Shown: positions 15,301 through 18,165 of the stretch, piece by piece | Numbering within the stretch: position 1 is the stretch's first letter | Layout of the letters: every line of letters begins with the position of its first letter | Assembly: GCA_031425655.1 (NCBI GenBank) | Contig: JANPJS010000080.1 | Span: 1 to 18,165, forward strand | Source: Abditibacteriaceae bacterium | Lineage (GTDB): Bacteria > Armatimonadota > Abditibacteriia > Abditibacteriales > Abditibacteriaceae | Length of the DNA: 18,165 nt | Reading direction: 5' to 3' | The notes under the pieces: model-generated | Databases searched by the model: none | What the model saw: the letters and a program-made list of their open reading frames with translations, nothing else | Told to the model about the DNA's origin: nothing | Position numbers and translations under genes: made by a program

Positions 15301-16477
15301 CGAAAGCGCCGCTGCTGCAATTGAAGGTGCCGGTGCTGGTGCCGTCCGAGATGCCCAAAAGGCCCGTAAGCACGTTCACTGTGCCGCTGTTCTTGAAGTT
15401 GGCGCCGCCGCCGAACTGAGAAAACTCTGTGGTCGTGCCGCTGGCGTTGAGAGTGCCGATATTGTTGAATTGCTGGCCTGTTCCGCCACTGAAAGCCGCC
15501 CACGTCGCGTTCGCCGTCGCCGTAAAGGTGCCGTTGTTGTTGAATATTGAGTCCGTGAACACCGTAATGTTGCCGCCGAGCCAGTTGGTGGTGCCGTTGG
15601 CGTTAAACTTGCCGGACAGCCCGCCGCCGGATAATGTCAAACCGCCGGTGATCGTGCCGCCCGCCGCAACAGTCGTGAGCGTGCCGCCGAACAGTTCGAG
15701 TTTGCCGCCGCTTTGTCCACCGACGATGCTTCCACTGATACTCACCGTCGCCTGAATCTGGCTGCTGCCCGCGCCGGTGAACTTAGCGCCGCCAGTGAGC
15801 GTGTGCGTATTGCCATTGAAGCGCACGAAAGCGCCGCTGCTGCAATTGAAGGTGCCGGTGCTGGTGCCGTCTGAGATGCCCAAAATGCCCGCAAGCACGT
15901 TCACAGTGCCGCTGTTCTTGAAGTTGGCGCCGCCGCCGAACTGAGAATACTCTGTGGTCGTGCCGCTGGCGTTGAGGGTGCCGATATTGTTGAACTGCTG
16001 GCCTGTTCCGCCACTGAAAGCCGCCCACGTCGCGTTCGCCGTCGCCGTAAACGTGCCGTTGTTGTTGAAAATTGCGTCCGTGAACACCGTAATGCTGCCG
16101 CCATTGCTGGGCCAATTTACGGTGCCGTTGTTATTGACGGTGCAACCCAGCCCGCCTGTGGTGAATGTTGAAGTGCCGCTGAGAGTCAGTGCTCCCGAAC
16201 TCCCAACGACGGTGCCGCCGTTCAGATTCAGGGTGGCAATCGTCACGCTGGTGTTGCCTAAGTCGGCGGTGCCGAAATTGATATTAGCGACATCGCCGCC
16301 GCCGGGCACAGTTCCGGCGGGGCCGCCGCTCCAGTTTCCGGGAGTAAACCAGTTGCTTGAAACGGCCTGAGTCCACGTATAAGTGGCAGCGTGGGCATGA
16401 GCGGGAATCAGACAAAGGGCGCCAAGCAGAATGATGGCAAGCCGGCGCCGAAGCGCGAGTTTCCTGAGAGATAACAT
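12308..16477 (-). CDS. Large secreted/surface protein (1389 aa): signal peptide, Gly/Asn/Thr-rich beta-helix-like repeats, 3 IPT/TIG domains, 3 Calx-beta domains; adhesin-like
   Basis: SD AGGAG (16484-16488, minus strand). Signal peptide MLSLRKLALRRRLAIILLGALCLIPAHAHA|A. Three IPT/TIG starts: PKITSFTPTSGAAGTTVTITGTNF, PTITSFAPASGKVG and PVIFSFSPTSGGAG (about 14080-13360). Three Calx-beta units, e.g. ISINDVSKAEGNSG...TANGTATAASDY...DTAGEPNETF...GTITDDD (about 13357-12345). Confidence 0.92.
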   Translation of the reverse strand: MLSLRKLALRRRLAIILLGALCLIPAHAHAATYTWTQAVSSNWFTPGNWSGGPAGTVPGGGDVANINFGTADLGNTSVTIATLNLNGGTVVGSSGALTLSGTSTFTTGGLGCTVNNNGTVNWPSNGGSITVFTDAIFNNNGTFTATANATWAAFSGGTGQQFNNIGTLNASGTTTEYSQFGGGANFKNSGTVNVLAGILGISDGTSTGTFNCSSGAFVRFNGNTHTLTGGAKFTGAGSSQIQATVSISGSIVGGQSGGKLELFGGTLTTVAAGGTITGGLTLSGGGLSGKFNANGTTNWLGGNITVFTDSIFNNNGTFTATANATWAAFSGGTGQQFNNIGTLNASGTTTEFSQFGGGANFKNSGTVNVLTGLLGISDGTSTGTFNCSSGAFVRFNGNTHTLTGGAKFTGAGSSQIQATVSISGSIVGGQSGGKLELFGGTLTTVAGGGTITGGLTLSGGGLSGTINANGTTNWLGGNITVFTDSIFNNNGTFTTTANAIWAAFNGGTGQQFNNIGTLNASGTTTEYSQFGGGANFKNSGTVNVLAGILGISDGTSTGTFNCSSGAFVRFNGNTHILTGGAKFTGAGSSQIQATVSISGSIVGGQSGGKLELFGGTLTTVAGGGTITGGLTLSGGALSGTINANGTTNWLAGNITALTDSVFNNNGTFTAMPNAGWAAFNGGTGQQFNNKKTLNLGASSTPGIFVPFTQTSTGILNIQIGGATAGSGFDQLRLNTPVALGGRLNASLISPFQPASGAVFSVVTFASGARGSSTFATVSAPGFAVSYTATSVDLTATSTAFPKITSFTPTSGAAGTTVTITGTNFTGANSVKFNGTTATFTVNSATTITATVPAGATTGPISVTTPNGTAISASNFTVPLVAPTITSFAPASGKVGDSVVITGTNFTGATDVRINQTSADFVVNSPTQITVTVPAGATTGKISVTTPGGTATSTNSYTVVPAPVIFSFSPTSGGAGTSVVIEGVNFSNATGVKFNGVSAPAFTVNSSVQITVAVPTNATTGKISVTTPGGTATSTGTFTVLPTISINDVSKAEGNSGSSNLTFTVSLSKTSTQSVTVTYATANGTATAASDYTAAGGTVTIPAGQLSATIVVPIIGDTAGEPNETFVVNLSNPNGATIADAQGVGTITDDDIRIAVNNPRSLPEGSAPSPGSVTFDITLTTASTQSVTVNYQTANGINNPALAGSDYTAKSGKLTFAPGETLKRVTIQFIGDSAVELNETFFFDLKTPTNATIADNRGVGQINNDDGPGITIANALTINEGDGGTTSQIFTVTLSAASTDTVTVDWTTADSTAVASDYVAASGTLTFAPGETSKTITILVKGDSTVEPNETYKVALSKPTFAFLADGLGIGTIRNDDAAALLFEDDEPSQ
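14400..16100 (-). repeat. Intragenic tandem repeat, 525-bp (175-aa) unit, three copies plus a partial fourth
   Basis: The anchor ACTTAGC recurs at 14731, 15256 and 15781, exactly 525 nt apart. The near-identical protein unit ITVFTDxIFNNNGTFT...QQFNNIGTLNASGTTTE...KLELFGGTLTTVA...NANGTTNWL occurs three times. Boundaries are approximate. Confidence 0.95.
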
Positions 16478-16570
16478 AACGATCTCCTGATAATATTCGT
16501 CGGTCGGGAGGCGGGTCGTGGGAAACTATCGCTTTTTAAAGGGCCGGTTTCCAGAGTAAGATAAAAGTGA

Positions 16571-16709
16571 GTCGAAGAGGAAAGCGAATTGAAATCCGCT
16601 GCCTGAGCAGGTCAAATACGCGGCGGGTGCCGTGCGGATCGGGGCGCTCGTTGGAGCGATAAGAAGGAAACCAAAGTTTATCGCTTCGATTCCTCTTCGG
16701 CGAGTGCCC
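16571..16709 (+). other. Candidate structured RNA / cis-regulatory element (unassigned)
   Basis: Several stems, each with G.U pairs on the + strand only: 16571-16582/16690-16701 (12 bp), 16594-16602/16620-16628 (9 bp), 16651-16662/16678-16689 (12 bp), and an alternative 16642-16655/16696-16709. It does not match any riboswitch consensus I recognise. Confidence 0.35.
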
Positions 16710-16819
16710 GCCTCAAAATCGTTTCGGGGGATTGCCCTGAAAGTGTCACACTAAGGTCAAAAGCTCGCCGCGCTACAAAGGCGGCTTCTAAAACGGCGCC
16801 GCGCGCCGGAGGAGTTTTC

Positions 16820-17092
16820 ATGTGGATCAAGGCTCAGAACGGCAACATTTACCGCCGCGAGGCGTTTTTCATGTTCGATATCGAAAGTTCGATTGATGCG
16901 AGCATCCAGCACCATTTTTTGCGCGCCCGCCTGACGCCGGCCCTGCCCAGCACCATGTCTTCGGGCCTCAAATCCGCCGACCCCGGCGCGGTCATTTTAG
17001 GCGAATTCAAAACCGCTGAACACGCTCGTCAGGCGATGGCGCGTTTGTTCCCGGAACGCAGCGAACTCATTGACCTCAGCCCCGAAGATTAA
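16820..17092 (+). CDS. Small hypothetical protein (90 aa)
   Basis: Strong SD GGAGGAG at 16808-16814, 5 nt before the ATG. Composition is protein-like, and the ORF fills the gap before the next co-oriented gene. No family recognised. Confidence 0.75.
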   Translation: MWIKAQNGNIYRREAFFMFDIESSIDASIQHHFLRARLTPALPSTMSSGLKSADPGAVILGEFKTAEHARQAMARLFPERSELIDLSPED

Positions 17093-17148
17093 GCGCCGAT
17101 TTGAACCGCCGAACTTTAACGAAGCCGCGCGGCTCCAACAAGAAAACC

Positions 17149-18144
17149 ATGAAACAACTTCTCATTCCCGCACTGGCGCTGCTTTTTGGCAGCGCGGCGC
17201 ACGCGCAGAATCCGCAAATCGGGCTGCCGGACGCCGGTAAAGTCGAACTGAAACTGCGCTGGCTCGCCGGCAAAAGCTATCTGGTGAAAACGACCAGCGT
17301 GCAGAAGATTTCGCAAATGATTGAGGAAAAGCCTCTCGTGGTAGATCAAACGCTGGGCTTCAGTTACGTTTATGCGGTGCGCGGTGTGGACGCGCAGGGC
17401 GCGGCGACCGTGGACATCACTTTCCGCGACGTGTTCTTCAAAATGGTGGTGCCGGGCAAAGAAACGCCGGTCACTATCGAATACGATTCAACCAAGCCCA
17501 TAAAAGAAATTCCGCCGTCCATGAGCGGCGTCGCATCGCTGGTCGGGCAAAAAGTGTGGATAAAAATTGCGCCCGATGGCCGCACAGTTGAAGCCGGCGG
17601 TTTTAAAGAATTGCTCAAACACATGATAAAAAGCATCAGCGTGCCGCCCGGCGCCGAGCGCACCGTGATGGAAAACACGCTCAAAGGCCAGTTCAGCGAA
17701 GAATCTTTCCGCGAAATGCTGCAACAAGGCACCGCCAGCAATTATCCCAAGCATCCGGTCGCGGTCGGCGAGTCGTGGACGAGCGACATAAAACTCACGC
17801 AGAATATGCCGATGCAGCTCGTCTCCACTTTTACGCTTAAGGAGCGCAAAGACGGCTTTTCGCTGATCGGCCTTGAAGGCACGCTGGCTTTGGATTCCAA
17901 AGGCAAACCGATGATGGCGGCAGACTCGAAAATCGTGATGCAATTGCAGGGCAAGCAAAGCGGCACCATGCAAATCCGCGAATCCGACGGCTGGATTATA
18001 AAGTCACAGACCAAACTCGATTTTGCGGGCACTGTCGGCGTTTCCACAACGCCGGGCGGCCCCGGCGATTTACGGCGTCCCACCAATAAATCGTGGCCGA
18101 TTTCGATTCGCGGCACGACGACTGTGGAATCGGAAGATTTGTAG
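17149..18144 (+). CDS. Secreted protein, DUF6263-like (331 aa)
   Basis: Starting at ATG 17149 gives a clean signal peptide MKQLLIPALALLFGSAAHA|Q. The pattern LKLRWLAGKSY...YDS...IAPDGRTVEAGG...YPKHPVAVGESW...GTMQIRESDGWI resembles DUF6263 proteins as I recall them. Confidence 0.75.
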   Translation: MKQLLIPALALLFGSAAHAQNPQIGLPDAGKVELKLRWLAGKSYLVKTTSVQKISQMIEEKPLVVDQTLGFSYVYAVRGVDAQGAATVDITFRDVFFKMVVPGKETPVTIEYDSTKPIKEIPPSMSGVASLVGQKVWIKIAPDGRTVEAGGFKELLKHMIKSISVPPGAERTVMENTLKGQFSEESFREMLQQGTASNYPKHPVAVGESWTSDIKLTQNMPMQLVSTFTLKERKDGFSLIGLEGTLALDSKGKPMMAADSKIVMQLQGKQSGTMQIRESDGWIIKSQTKLDFAGTVGVSTTPGGPGDLRRPTNKSWPISIRGTTTVESEDL

Positions 18145-18165
18145 GCGGAGGAGGCGGAACCCCCT

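Noticed and set aside
12293..16370. Series of plus-strand Val/Pro/Leu-rich ORFs, some repeating
   Set aside because: They are antisense mirrors of the Thr/Gly/Asn-rich surface protein and its 525-bp repeats.
16590..16700. TPP or cyclic-dinucleotide riboswitch
   Set aside because: CUGAG...AAUAC is superficially TPP-like, but the CCUGAU...UAAU...GCG.AGGGA half is absent. c-di-GMP and c-di-AMP consensus elements were not found on either strand.
17101..17148. TTG start of the last ORF
   Set aside because: ATG 17149 gives a canonical signal peptide directly at the N-terminus.

Overview
This is a GC-rich bacterial window with no integrase, transposase or CRISPR array. From left to right it holds: a cluster of palindromic REP/MITE-like repeats (1-245); a creatininase-family amidohydrolase; and a two-gene operon of about 10 kb. 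The operon encodes a 1567-aa protein (sigma70-region-4-like HTH and winged-helix N-terminal half, fused to a roughly 960-aa region resembling DruH/STY4851) and a 1752-aa DEAH SF2 helicase with several Cys clusters and a C-terminal DUF1998 domain (DruE-like). This operon is best read as a Druantia type III-like anti-phage system with an atypical fused partner and a helicase that stops soon after DUF1998, and it is the main candidate for an undescribed system. Downstream lie a second copy of a palindromic repeat, an MBL-fold hydrolase with a variant HxDxDH motif, a branched hairpin repeat and a terminator. These are followed by a large minus-strand secreted protein (three 175-aa beta-helix-like repeats, 3 IPT/TIG, 3 Calx-beta), a divergent intergenic region with a candidate structured RNA, a 90-aa hypothetical protein and a secreted DUF6263-like protein. 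All family assignments come from motif recognition by eye; no searches were run.
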